DNA from: a virus
Direction: 5' to 3' (one strand)
DNA length: 64,000 bases
Virus record (IMG/VR): IMGVR_UViG_3300021602_000003
Location: 1 to 64,000 of that record
Part shown: positions 9,290 through 18,381 of the stretch, in pieces
Position numbering within the stretch: position 1 is the stretch's first letter
Layout of the letters: each line of letters starts with the position of its first letter
Notes under the pieces: model-generated
Told to the model about the DNA's origin: nothing
The model's input: only the letters and a program-made list of their open reading frames with translations
Database searches by the model: none
Translations under genes and position numbers: made by a program

Positions 9290-10462
9290 ATGTCGCATCA
9301 CTATAAACTCGGATTCTACAACGTCGGGGATAGAACTTTTCTAAATAAGGCCGATGCGTTAATAGAAGCAACCCGCCTCAATACTTCTGTATATTGGAAT
9401 TTTAATGATTCTGTATTCTCCTCTATAGACTGGAGTATACCGATAACAACCGGATTAAATGAACTCTATAGGAAAAGGGCATTGCAACTTAGGGAAAAAT
9501 ATGATTTTATTTCTCTATATTATAGTGGCGGAGTAGATAGCACAAATGTATTACACTCTTTTATTAATAATGGAATATTATTAGATGAAGTAGTAATGTA
9601 TCGCCCCAGAATTTTAGAATCAGAATCTAATTCACTTGATAGAACAAATAAGAATATATTTTCGGAAATAGAATTTGCAGCAATACCTTACCTACAAAAA
9701 GTGCTAAAGGATAGTCGCACTAAGATTAGAATTATTTATATTGATGAATCTATAAACGATTATCTTTCGGATGATAAATTGGTAGACGAGTTTCAAACTA
9801 TTAATTTGTTTATGCCTACCGGGGTCGGCCGATTATCAATGAATCTAACAGACTCGACATGGAATAATTTATTATCTAATGGCAAGAAGCTATGTCATTT
9901 ACACGGGATAGATAAACCTATACCCAAATTAGTAAATGGAAGATATACATTTCAATTTCATGATACTGCTGTAACTCCTGCAGTTAATATTCCTAAATAT
10001 AATTCGGCACGTTCGGAAATGATGGACCATCAATATCATGAGTTATTCTATTGGACACCAGACCTACCACAAATGGTAATTAAGCAGTGTCAGGTGGTTA
10101 AAGATATTAACACAGACGGATCTTTAAATTCGCTGTTCGAAAACTCAGATAGATGGAAACAAGATAAATTTACCTTCATACATAAATTTATCTATCCGGC
10201 ACAGGTTAATGCTGTTCGAGATCTATTTGTCACTGAAAAACCGGGACCCGATATTTATTCGGGACAGGGTTCTTGGTTCTACGATAAAATGAATGAATAT
10301 TCAAAGGGAGTATTTAGCGATATTATTAAGAACATGCAAGATAATATAGATACTAGATTCTTTCGTGGTTTTAATAATACTAATTATTATCTGGAAGACC
10401 CCGATACAGGTAGCCCAAAAACGGGATTAAGAGCTATTAAAAGTAAGGCACATATACTATGA
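9290..10462 (+). CDS. PP-loop enzyme, long type (paralog 5)
   Basis: LYYSGGVDS, HGIDKP, FYWTPD..IKQCQ. Confidence 0.7.
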   Translation: MSHHYKLGFYNVGDRTFLNKADALIEATRLNTSVYWNFNDSVFSSIDWSIPITTGLNELYRKRALQLREKYDFISLYYSGGVDSTNVLHSFINNGILLDEVVMYRPRILESESNSLDRTNKNIFSEIEFAAIPYLQKVLKDSRTKIRIIYIDESINDYLSDDKLVDEFQTINLFMPTGVGRLSMNLTDSTWNNLLSNGKKLCHLHGIDKPIPKLVNGRYTFQFHDTAVTPAVNIPKYNSARSEMMDHQYHELFYWTPDLPQMVIKQCQVVKDINTDGSLNSLFENSDRWKQDKFTFIHKFIYPAQVNAVRDLFVTEKPGPDIYSGQGSWFYDKMNEYSKGVFSDIIKNMQDNIDTRFFRGFNNTNYYLEDPDTGSPKTGLRAIKSKAHIL

Positions 10463-11412
10463 AAATTGATTATACTCACAATAATTTCTTTAGGTGTGGT
10501 TGGGGGGATAAAAACACATTTAATTTTAAAAATAAAAAAGATTTAGACTATTGGGTCACGTATGACTGTGCCAAACAGATGCCGGGTACCTTTAGGGAAG
10601 AATGTGTGCGTGCTGCAAAACTAATAGGCAAACAATCGAAAAAACCGATATTAATATTCTTTTCAGGCGGAATCGATTCCGAGATAACAGTAAGATCATT
10701 TATGGATGCAAATGTAGATTTTACAGTTTGCATTGTCAATTTGTATTATGATAATATCTTATCTAATACACATGATACTAATTTTGCATTTTCTTTTGTT
10801 AAGCAGCATAATCTGTCTGTGAAAGAGATTGATTATAATTTCAGCAATTTCATGAATGAAAGATATATTGATGGTGTATATACATACCAGACGTGGTTAC
10901 CTGGATCGATAATGCATGCCGAATTAGTTAGTATGTTGTGCAAAGATTATCTATGCGTGTTCGGCCTCGGCGATATCCTGCTAAAACGGGCAAGACATAA
11001 TGGGTATCCCGATGTGGATGGTATCTCTGTTATATCGGACCCTAAATCAGTTACTGCTATTCATGCGGGAGCTCTGATGGCTGAGCCGGTAATTGCTGAA
11101 TTTCTTGCTTATACACCTGAACAGATGTTGTCGTGGATGTTACATCCCGATATTCAAACTTTTATTAAGTATGAGAGAGCATTTCCTATACTAGACATAT
11201 ATAACTTAAAACCATTTATCTATTTTAAGATGTGGCCGGATATGGCAGTAAGGCCAAAATATTCTGGATTAGAAGGCATACATCGTCTTTCAAAAAAAGA
11301 AATTTGGATGAACGACCCTGTTTTTAAAGAAGGTATGAATATAACTTCACAAATGAATGTGAAAGTTCACATCTCGAGCTCAGAATTAATTTCGATGCTA
11401 TTACCGAGGTAG
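10459..11412 (+). CDS. PP-loop AsnB-like enzyme (paralog 6)
   Basis: FSGGIDSE, GLGD, RPKYSGLE; ends in TAG. Confidence 0.7.
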   Translation: MKIDYTHNNFFRCGWGDKNTFNFKNKKDLDYWVTYDCAKQMPGTFREECVRAAKLIGKQSKKPILIFFSGGIDSEITVRSFMDANVDFTVCIVNLYYDNILSNTHDTNFAFSFVKQHNLSVKEIDYNFSNFMNERYIDGVYTYQTWLPGSIMHAELVSMLCKDYLCVFGLGDILLKRARHNGYPDVDGISVISDPKSVTAIHAGALMAEPVIAEFLAYTPEQMLSWMLHPDIQTFIKYERAFPILDIYNLKPFIYFKMWPDMAVRPKYSGLEGIHRLSKKEIWMNDPVFKEGMNITSQMNVKVHISSSELISMLLPR

Positions 11413-11415
11413 ATT

Positions 11416-12360
11416 ATGTCTGTATATAATAATTATTTTCAGTGTTACTATAATAAAGATCCCACGCAGATTCTTAGAAAGAGTGTTGACGATAAATGGG
11501 GATTACATTTTAACATTACAGGAAATTGTAAAATAAAGTCGTTTAAAGAGGAGGTATTGAATTCTTGTGAACTGATGTATGACGCATTCAAAATATATAC
11601 ACCTAAATTGAATTTATTTTTTAGTGGTGGTATGGACTCTGAATGTATGCTTAGATGCTTCACTGAACTCAAGATACCGGTAAATCCTGTTATTATCATT
11701 CACTGTGGAGAAGAATCAGCACCTGAAGCGCAGCAGGCATTACGTATCTGTAAGGAATTATCATTAGTACCGACAATTATAAATATTGACCTATCCAAGC
11801 TTTTCGGCGCCGGGGTATGCCACGATATTGGAGAAAAATATAGAACTAAAGAGCTGGCAATGGTTGAATTACTATATGTAATGGAAAAATTACAAGAGCC
11901 TTCGATACTATGTGATGATGTTCAACTCTTTTATCATAGTTCTTCTAAGAATAAACTTTCTAAGAGCGAAACCAATTATCAACAATGGTTTTATTCTATA
12001 AGAGAAGATCACGACGCTGTGTTTGATCGGTTCGAATATATTACAGGTATTCCTGTATTTGCTGATACATATAAGTTTACCAAGGAGTCATGGGCTGCAA
12101 TGCTTATGACCCCTGTTATTCAAGATATAGTCTTGAATAAAAGAGGAAAAGCAAGTGGAAAATCATCTAAGAATAAAATGATGTCAGCAGAATTCGATAC
12201 GGAATGGAGAGAAAAGACCGCAGTCTTTTCATCTGGGAATATTCTTCGCATCACACGGACATTACATAAAGATTTGGGAGAATTGATACCTGTTAGTAAT
12301 ACCCATACTATTGAGTATTTCAAATTATTATCTTTATTGGGAGCATATGATTCAGTATAA
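11416..12360 (+). CDS. PP-loop AsnB-like enzyme (paralog 7)
   Basis: FSGGMDSE preceded by the SFKEE helix shared with paralogs. Confidence 0.7.
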   Translation: MSVYNNYFQCYYNKDPTQILRKSVDDKWGLHFNITGNCKIKSFKEEVLNSCELMYDAFKIYTPKLNLFFSGGMDSECMLRCFTELKIPVNPVIIIHCGEESAPEAQQALRICKELSLVPTIINIDLSKLFGAGVCHDIGEKYRTKELAMVELLYVMEKLQEPSILCDDVQLFYHSSSKNKLSKSETNYQQWFYSIREDHDAVFDRFEYITGIPVFADTYKFTKESWAAMLMTPVIQDIVLNKRGKASGKSSKNKMMSAEFDTEWREKTAVFSSGNILRITRTLHKDLGELIPVSNTHTIEYFKLLSLLGAYDSV

Positions 12361-12895
12361 ACTATTGTCACAGGAAGACAGGCCGGCATTTAATGAGTTA
12401 ATGAAAATTAAGAGATCATCCCGGCATCCGATTTATGAAATGCCTAATAATCTTCAATTAGAAAATTATTATTTCGATGATACGGAAGATTCTCATAAGA
12501 TATTTGCTGCTATAATCGATGGTAATTTATGTTCTTGTGTATTTTCTGTATTTTCGATGCAATCGAGAACATGGGAAATAAGTCATATAATGGGCGATTC
12601 CCTAAACAGTCTTTTAAGCACTGTTAATTTCGTAATATCTTTCGCTGAATCGATAAACTATTATAGATGGAATGCTGCTTATTTTGGAAGACAAGATTTA
12701 GTGTGTGAGCGAATAATGAGATATAAAGTACCACTGTTCAGAAGATATAATGTTGGAGTTGAAGAAATAATTCCTGCTTTTAAAAAATCGTCATTCGGAA
12801 ACTATTGGAGCAGCTTTCAAAATTTTAAAATTACTTCGTCATCAAAGATAATTAAGGAGTATTCTTTAATTGATTGTTATAGAGATTTCAACTAG
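12347..12895 (+). CDS. Hypothetical protein, possibly GNAT fold
   Basis: KIFAAIIDGNLCS...WEISH pattern; weak. Confidence 0.4.
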   Translation: MIQYKLLSQEDRPAFNELMKIKRSSRHPIYEMPNNLQLENYYFDDTEDSHKIFAAIIDGNLCSCVFSVFSMQSRTWEISHIMGDSLNSLLSTVNFVISFAESINYYRWNAAYFGRQDLVCERIMRYKVPLFRRYNVGVEEIIPAFKKSSFGNYWSSFQNFKITSSSKIIKEYSLIDCYRDFN

Positions 12896-12904
12896 GAGAA
12901 TTTA

Positions 12905-13792
12905 ATGATTTTAAGAAATATATTGTTATGTGTGTTGGTATTGTTTGCCCCGTATTGCCGGGCATCCTTACCGAACGAATTTTTTGTTTATACGCCACAT
13001 GCTGGTGGTAAAGATGCTGTGTGCAGGGTAATATTTAAGTTATATGCTGAAAAATATTTAGCAAATCCTGTATTTATAACTAAACAAGGTGCATCTGGAT
13101 TAATTGCAATGGAAGAGATGCTGAAGGATAAGAAATTTTCTGTTCTTTGTTCAGGAAACTCGGAGAGTATGTTTAATAATGAACAATATCCGGGGCACGA
13201 GGAATCACACAAATTATTAATGTTGGTATCAACTACAGCTCAGGTAACAACCGGTTTTTACACAGGGGTTAATAATCCTGCAAACGATATAAGAGAGTTA
13301 TTAAAAACATCGAAGCTAATAAAGGTGGGGTATCATACAAATGGTACTAAGTTCATAGCCCAGGTAGCATTTAATGATTATCCGATATTGTGGGTACCCT
13401 ATAAGACACCTGGGGACTCTCTGCCATCGTTAATAGACGGCTCGCTCGATTTATATACCGACGGTGGTTCTTTGGATATATTAGTTAAAGGCGGGAAAAT
13501 AAAAAGTATAGGACATATAAATGGTGCCGATAGTACATCCGGTCCTGATGTGACTAAAGATTTCCCCGACGCGGCAAAAATTAAGAGTATTCTTGCAATT
13601 TCGACTTCTTTATTAAACAACATGGAAGACATTGAGGAATTGAATCAACGGCTCAAGCCCTTAATCTATCATCCCGACGTTGTGAAGATCTTATCTGATT
13701 ATGCTGGTATATCTTATTGGCTATCTGTGAAAGATTCGAATGATCTTATTACCTATATGAGAAGCAAATATAAATTGCTTGGTAACAGATGA
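12905..13792 (+). CDS. Bug/TctC-like solute-binding protein (paralog of 8395)
   Basis: Signal peptide; AGGKDAVCR, QGASGLIA, VPYK, LIDGSLD. Confidence 0.7.
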   Translation: MILRNILLCVLVLFAPYCRASLPNEFFVYTPHAGGKDAVCRVIFKLYAEKYLANPVFITKQGASGLIAMEEMLKDKKFSVLCSGNSESMFNNEQYPGHEESHKLLMLVSTTAQVTTGFYTGVNNPANDIRELLKTSKLIKVGYHTNGTKFIAQVAFNDYPILWVPYKTPGDSLPSLIDGSLDLYTDGGSLDILVKGGKIKSIGHINGADSTSGPDVTKDFPDAAKIKSILAISTSLLNNMEDIEELNQRLKPLIYHPDVVKILSDYAGISYWLSVKDSNDLITYMRSKYKLLGNR

Positions 13793-15003
13793 CAATATTA
13801 TCTTTAACAAAACACAAGAGATTGGGGCATTATAGGGCGGGCAGCAAAATATTTTTTAATAAAATTGATGCAGTATATTATGCCACTGAACAACTGAAGG
13901 AAGGGAACGATCATTCCGTCTACTGGGAATTTAATAAGGATATCTTTTCTAAATTTGACTGGAAAGATCCGATTAAACAATCGTTGTCCGAGTTATATTA
14001 CTGCCGAGCAAAACAATTACGTGACAAATATGATTATTTGTCCCTATTTTATAGTGGCGGCGTAGATAGTACGAATATACTTCGTGCATTTGTTGATAAT
14101 GGTATTTTTTTAGATGAAATTGTAATGTATAGGCCCGTGGTTTTAGAACCTTCATTTAATAAGGAAAGCACAAAGACAGATAATGTTTATTCAGAAATTA
14201 AGTTTGCTGCGATACCGTATGCTGAAAAATATGCTGATAAGAGAACAAGTATTAGGGTATTAGATATGTGTGACCCGGTTGAAAAATTTCTAACTAACGA
14301 GGAATTAATAAAGCAATATTGGGGAATTAATAAATGGTTCTCACCAAATTCTATAGCAAAGACAGCAATAGGTATTTTTGATCCTCACTGGTATTCTTTA
14401 TATGAATCTGGAAAAACAGTGGGACATATTCATGGTGCAGAAAAACCTAATATGGAAATAACGGATAATGACGAATATTATTTTCACTTCTATGATTGGC
14501 TCTCTCATGTGGTTTCCCCGTCATTTGATACAGATAGGTCATTAATAATAGAAAATCATCAATTTATTGAACCATTTTATTGGACACCGGATGTGCCCGA
14601 ATTAGTCATCAAGCAGTGTCAAACAATTAAAGAATCGTGCCGAGACCCGGCAGTTAAACAGGTATTTAAAACACACCAAAAGTTTGATGCCGGCGCCAAT
14701 CGACGTAAATTTACAAATTCGGCCCTATATTCGCCAGATATATTAGCAGTAAGAGAAATGTTCAATGCTGAAAAGCACGGTCTCGGGTTACATGCACCAC
14801 AAATGGACTGGTTCTATAAGTACATGTCTAAACCAGTTCTTGATAGATTCTGGTGTATTGTCACTGACATACGAAGAGAGGTTGACGGAAGATTTTTCAT
14901 GACAACCCTGCCATCGGGGCCCATATTAGTAATGAACACGGGCGACGCCCCGACAAAAAAATGGATGTTTCGACATGCTACGTCAGACCCTTATTTTCTG
15001 TAG
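13789..15003 (+). CDS. PP-loop enzyme, long type (paralog 8, related to 9290)
   Basis: LFYSGGVDS, HGAEKP, FYWTPDVPELVIKQCQ. Confidence 0.7.
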   Translation: MTILSLTKHKRLGHYRAGSKIFFNKIDAVYYATEQLKEGNDHSVYWEFNKDIFSKFDWKDPIKQSLSELYYCRAKQLRDKYDYLSLFYSGGVDSTNILRAFVDNGIFLDEIVMYRPVVLEPSFNKESTKTDNVYSEIKFAAIPYAEKYADKRTSIRVLDMCDPVEKFLTNEELIKQYWGINKWFSPNSIAKTAIGIFDPHWYSLYESGKTVGHIHGAEKPNMEITDNDEYYFHFYDWLSHVVSPSFDTDRSLIIENHQFIEPFYWTPDVPELVIKQCQTIKESCRDPAVKQVFKTHQKFDAGANRRKFTNSALYSPDILAVREMFNAEKHGLGLHAPQMDWFYKYMSKPVLDRFWCIVTDIRREVDGRFFMTTLPSGPILVMNTGDAPTKKWMFRHATSDPYFL

Positions 15004-15068
15004 GTGAATTTGGAAAATAAAATATCGATCAAGATAAATATTGTTATAATTTAACATATGGGAATATT

Positions 15069-15494
15069 ATGGGCGTTATCGCAATATTATTAAAAAATAG
15101 AAGCTTAGTTGGTTTGGGGGTTTTGCTATTAGCACTTGCTGGTACAGGCATATACATAAAAGTGTTAAAAGGTGAAGTATCGACTTTAACTGCTGAAAAG
15201 AATACGCTTATTGCTGAAAAGAATACGCTTAAAATGGAACTTGTCCTCTCGCAGGATTCTGTAAAAAAATTGCAATTAGCAGTTGACGAGCAAAATACAG
15301 CAATTAAGAAACTTAAAGATGATGCAGATGCTAGATTAGTAGCACATCAAGTCGAAATTAAGAAAGCAAAAGATAAAGCAGCATCTTATAAGAAGTTAGC
15401 AGACGAACTAATGAACCTAGTTCCGGCGCCCGGCAAGCCTATATGTGATGAAGCAAATGCTTTAATCAATAAGGAGATCAACAGTGAAAAATAG
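15069..15494 (+). CDS. Inner-membrane spanin (Rz-like)
   Basis: Single N-terminal TM, long coiled coil, C-terminal Cys, overlaps a lipoprotein gene; late promoter upstream. Confidence 0.7.
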   Translation: MGVIAILLKNRSLVGLGVLLLALAGTGIYIKVLKGEVSTLTAEKNTLIAEKNTLKMELVLSQDSVKKLQLAVDEQNTAIKKLKDDADARLVAHQVEIKKAKDKAASYKKLADELMNLVPAPGKPICDEANALINKEINSEK

Positions 15495-15756
15495 TATTAT
15501 ATTAGTAGTAATTTTGCTATCTGGATGTGCTTGCGTGCCACCGGAGCCTGTAATAAAAATTGAAATACAACGAGTTGAAGTTCCTATCGCAGTTCCATGT
15601 AAAGCAGTTACACCTACAAAACCCGATTTTAATTTTGATAAACTAACCGTCGAACAAAATGTATTTGATAAAACAAAAGCACTATTGGCAGACAGAAAAT
15701 TGCATCTGGGCTATGAAGGTGAATTATTGACTGCGCTAAATTCTTGTGTAAAATAA
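15484..15756 (+). CDS. Outer-membrane spanin (Rz1-like lipoprotein)
   Basis: Lipobox LLSGC, Pro-rich, additional Cys residues. Confidence 0.75.
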   Translation: MKNSIILVVILLSGCACVPPEPVIKIEIQRVEVPIAVPCKAVTPTKPDFNFDKLTVEQNVFDKTKALLADRKLHLGYEGELLTALNSCVK

Positions 15757-15783
15757 CTAAAACAATATAATGATCGGAAAATT

Positions 15784-17097
15784 GTGAAACAATACATCAA
15801 CATCAACCACGAATTGTTAAACTTAATACCACATTCATCTAGGAATGTGCTGGAACTAGGGTGTGCCACAGGACTATTAGGTTCCACGTTCAAACAATCT
15901 CATCCTGATGCACAATGGACCGGCGTTGACTACAATCCGCGGGCTCTGTCAGATGCAGCGAAGATACTTGATTACATTGCCCTGGTTGATCTGAACAATC
16001 CGAAGTTAGAGCATCTGCCTGGATCAAACTATGATACGGTTGTCATGGGTGATATTCTGGAACACCTTACTAACCCACTGACAGCTATGAAGTTCGTACA
16101 TGAAGTTACATCACCGGATGCTCAGGCATTCTGCTGTATGCCTATCATGACCAACATCGGCATCGTTGAACGGATGCTACTCGGTGATCTGTCGTATGAT
16201 GAGTATGGGTTGCTCGATTCAACTCATGTCCGTTTCATGTCGATTGCCTCGACAATCAAATTATTTCTGGATTCAGGGTGGCTACCTACTATCACGGGAA
16301 CACGCTATGTGGGAATAGGTGACGGGCACGATAAGGCAGCGTTTACTAACGCACTGATTGATGCAGCATCCCACCTAAATATTCCGCGAAGCACAGCTGA
16401 ACGAAATCTGTTCAGCTTCCAGATCTGGATTCAAGCACACAAGTCGCCTATATTTCCGGCGAAGAAGAGCAGGTTTAGCGTGATCGTCCCGGTCAACAAT
16501 GGAACGATATTTGATGTTAATCTCAAACGATCACCCGGTCTTGCGGAAGTTGATGCTGAAATCATTCCTGTATACGGCTCCAAGAGTGCCGCAGATGCGC
16601 TGGCAGAAGGCATGTTAAAGGCAACAAATAAGTGGATACTGTTCTGCCACCAGGATCTATACATTCCACGCGGTAGCGGACATGCATTATCTGCTCTGTT
16701 TGACATGCCGGACGAAGATGCAAGAAAAACATTAATCGGTTTTGCCGGCATGAACAACCAACAGCAGCACGGTCTTGTCATTGATCGTGTCAACCGATTC
16801 GATCATCCTCGATGTGACAGTGCAACCTCTCTGGATGAAATTGCAGTAGCGTTCACTACCGACTCTGTCCACAAGATTGATCCCGACTTTGGATGGCACA
16901 TGTGGGCAACCGATATGTGTCTGCGTTCTTCAGAGCGCCAAGGAAATGTGGCGATTGAACGAGTGCCGCTGTTCCACAACTCTGTCACAGAGAATGGCCC
17001 GACGGAATCATTTAACGACTCGGTCAAATTGCTTTTCCAGAAGCATCCCGAACTAACAAGGATTGACGCCTGTACAGGAACTTTGACACCTAAATAA
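15784..17097 (+). CDS. SAM methyltransferase fused to GT2-like glycosyltransferase domain
   Basis: VLELGCATG, DILEHL, GLLDSTH; FSVIVP, FCHQD, FGWHMWATD. Confidence 0.75.
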   Translation: MKQYININHELLNLIPHSSRNVLELGCATGLLGSTFKQSHPDAQWTGVDYNPRALSDAAKILDYIALVDLNNPKLEHLPGSNYDTVVMGDILEHLTNPLTAMKFVHEVTSPDAQAFCCMPIMTNIGIVERMLLGDLSYDEYGLLDSTHVRFMSIASTIKLFLDSGWLPTITGTRYVGIGDGHDKAAFTNALIDAASHLNIPRSTAERNLFSFQIWIQAHKSPIFPAKKSRFSVIVPVNNGTIFDVNLKRSPGLAEVDAEIIPVYGSKSAADALAEGMLKATNKWILFCHQDLYIPRGSGHALSALFDMPDEDARKTLIGFAGMNNQQQHGLVIDRVNRFDHPRCDSATSLDEIAVAFTTDSVHKIDPDFGWHMWATDMCLRSSERQGNVAIERVPLFHNSVTENGPTESFNDSVKLLFQKHPELTRIDACTGTLTPK

Positions 17098-17101
17098 AGA
17101 C

Positions 17102-17130
17102 TTGACAGTGGGCGATAAATATGCTATACT
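17102..17130 (+). promoter_or_regulatory. Sigma70 promoter with embedded late promoter
   Basis: TTGACA-17-TATACT; GATAAATA in the spacer. Confidence 0.75.
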
Positions 17131-17145
17131 TTATAAGATAGAAAT

Positions 17146-17197
17146 TGTTGTAATCCCCTTGGAGAAAAGGCAAGCAAGACGCGGGTTCGAATCCCGC
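17146..17197 (+). pseudogene. Truncated tmRNA acceptor-piece fragment
   Basis: GAC-GCGGG-TTCGAAT-CCCGC T arm with no acceptor strand or CCA, stopping at the endonuclease leader. Confidence 0.55.
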
Positions 17198-17216
17198 ATA
17201 TTTGATAAATAAGAGT

Positions 17217-17861
17217 ATGAACTACTTATATCAAATTACTAACATTATAAATAACAAAATTTACATCGGTGTTCATAAAACGGACAATATGGATGATGGT
17301 TATATGGGCTCGGGTAAGATTATAAATTATGCTATTAAGAAATATGGGATTGAAAATTTTAAAAAAGACATATTAGGCTTCTATAATACATATGAAGATG
17401 CACTAACGGGTGAAGAAGAAATTGTAACAGACGAATTTCTTCTAAGGGAAGATGTATATAATCTGCGACGAGGTGGCACCGGGGGATTTGATTATATTAA
17501 TAAAAACGGATTAGCAGCTAACACAGAACATGCAAAACTTGCAAATATTGCATCGAGGTCGCCCGAATCTAGGATAAAAAGAAATAAGACTTTTAAAGAT
17601 ATTAATCACCAGCAGAAAGATAAGAATAGTCAATACGGGAAATATTGGATATCCAACCCAAAAACTAAAGAAATAAAGAGGGTAGATACAAACGATATTC
17701 CGCCAGGATGGGTTTCGGGTAAGAAAGGTAAATTAATTACAACATGTTGGGTAAATAATGGTATCGAGGAGCGAATTATACCATTAAAGGAGAAAGAATA
17801 TTATATAGAAAACGGGTATTCTAGAGGCAGATTTGTAACTAGTGTATCTAAAAGGTTATAA
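17217..17861 (+). CDS. GIY-YIG (Seg-like) homing endonuclease
   Basis: YLYQITNIINNKIYIGVH...YMGSG...KYGIENFKK...YNLRRGG. Confidence 0.9.
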   Translation: MNYLYQITNIINNKIYIGVHKTDNMDDGYMGSGKIINYAIKKYGIENFKKDILGFYNTYEDALTGEEEIVTDEFLLREDVYNLRRGGTGGFDYINKNGLAANTEHAKLANIASRSPESRIKRNKTFKDINHQQKDKNSQYGKYWISNPKTKEIKRVDTNDIPPGWVSGKKGKLITTCWVNNGIEERIIPLKEKEYYIENGYSRGRFVTSVSKRL

Positions 17862-17889
17862 TTTAGTAAATTTTTTACTAAATAATATA

Positions 17890-18262
17890 TCAGCTACTTA
17901 GAGTAGCAAACTGCGGTAGATAAATTGTTGCGGACGGGGATGCAAATTCCCCCACCTCCACCATAAGCATATTAGCTCCACGGAGCCCCGGTTATCGTTC
18001 TAGACGCGGGATAACGGAATAGTATGTTTTTGATGGGGGTGACTAGTTTCGACGTGGTAGTGGACTATCGTAGTGATCGGGAACGTGAAACCCGCAAGAC
18101 CGTGGTAACTCGGTTAAAGACACATATCAAAGTAAATGCAACAGCATATACAAACGAGTCTTTTGTAGCCCTTGACATGTCAGCTTTCGCTGACAGCGAT
18201 ATGGCTGTGGAAATGGTTGCCTAAGAAACACCAACTCTGTGGTAGAAAGACCATATAACCAA
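17890..18262 (+). ncRNA. ssrA: Circularly permuted two-piece tmRNA
   Basis: Acceptor piece ends CACCTCC-A-CCA (17963); intervening stem; coding piece starts GGGGGTG (18035), giving G3-U70; tag frame 18138-18224; outer ends approximate. Confidence 0.85.
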
Positions 18263-18270
18263 ACCAATCA

Positions 18271-18298
18271 AGAAGCACCTTCGGGTGCTTTCTTTTTA
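18271..18298 (+). terminator. Intrinsic terminator
   Basis: AAGCACC-TTCG-GGTGCTT followed by T-run. Confidence 0.85.
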
Positions 18299-18311
18299 TA
18301 ATACAAAATTG

Positions 18312-18340
18312 CTGTAATAAAACTGTAACAAATATTTAAC
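18312..18340 (+). promoter_or_regulatory. Pho box (PhoB site) upstream of pstS
   Basis: CTGTAAT/CTGTAAC/ATTTAAC half-sites with 11-bp periodicity, against consensus CTGTCAT. Confidence 0.75.
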
Positions 18341-18381
18341 AAAAGTCTGCTAAATATAAGCTTACTTAAAAGGAGTTACAA

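Noticed and set aside
17198-17890. Group I intron in the tmRNA
   Set aside because: The endonuclease ORF fills the interval, no P/Q/R/S core is visible, and the flanks duplicate rather than complement each other.
18024-18224. 66-aa ORF as a protein gene
   Set aside because: It overlaps the tmRNA 5' end, and its 3' part is the tag frame.
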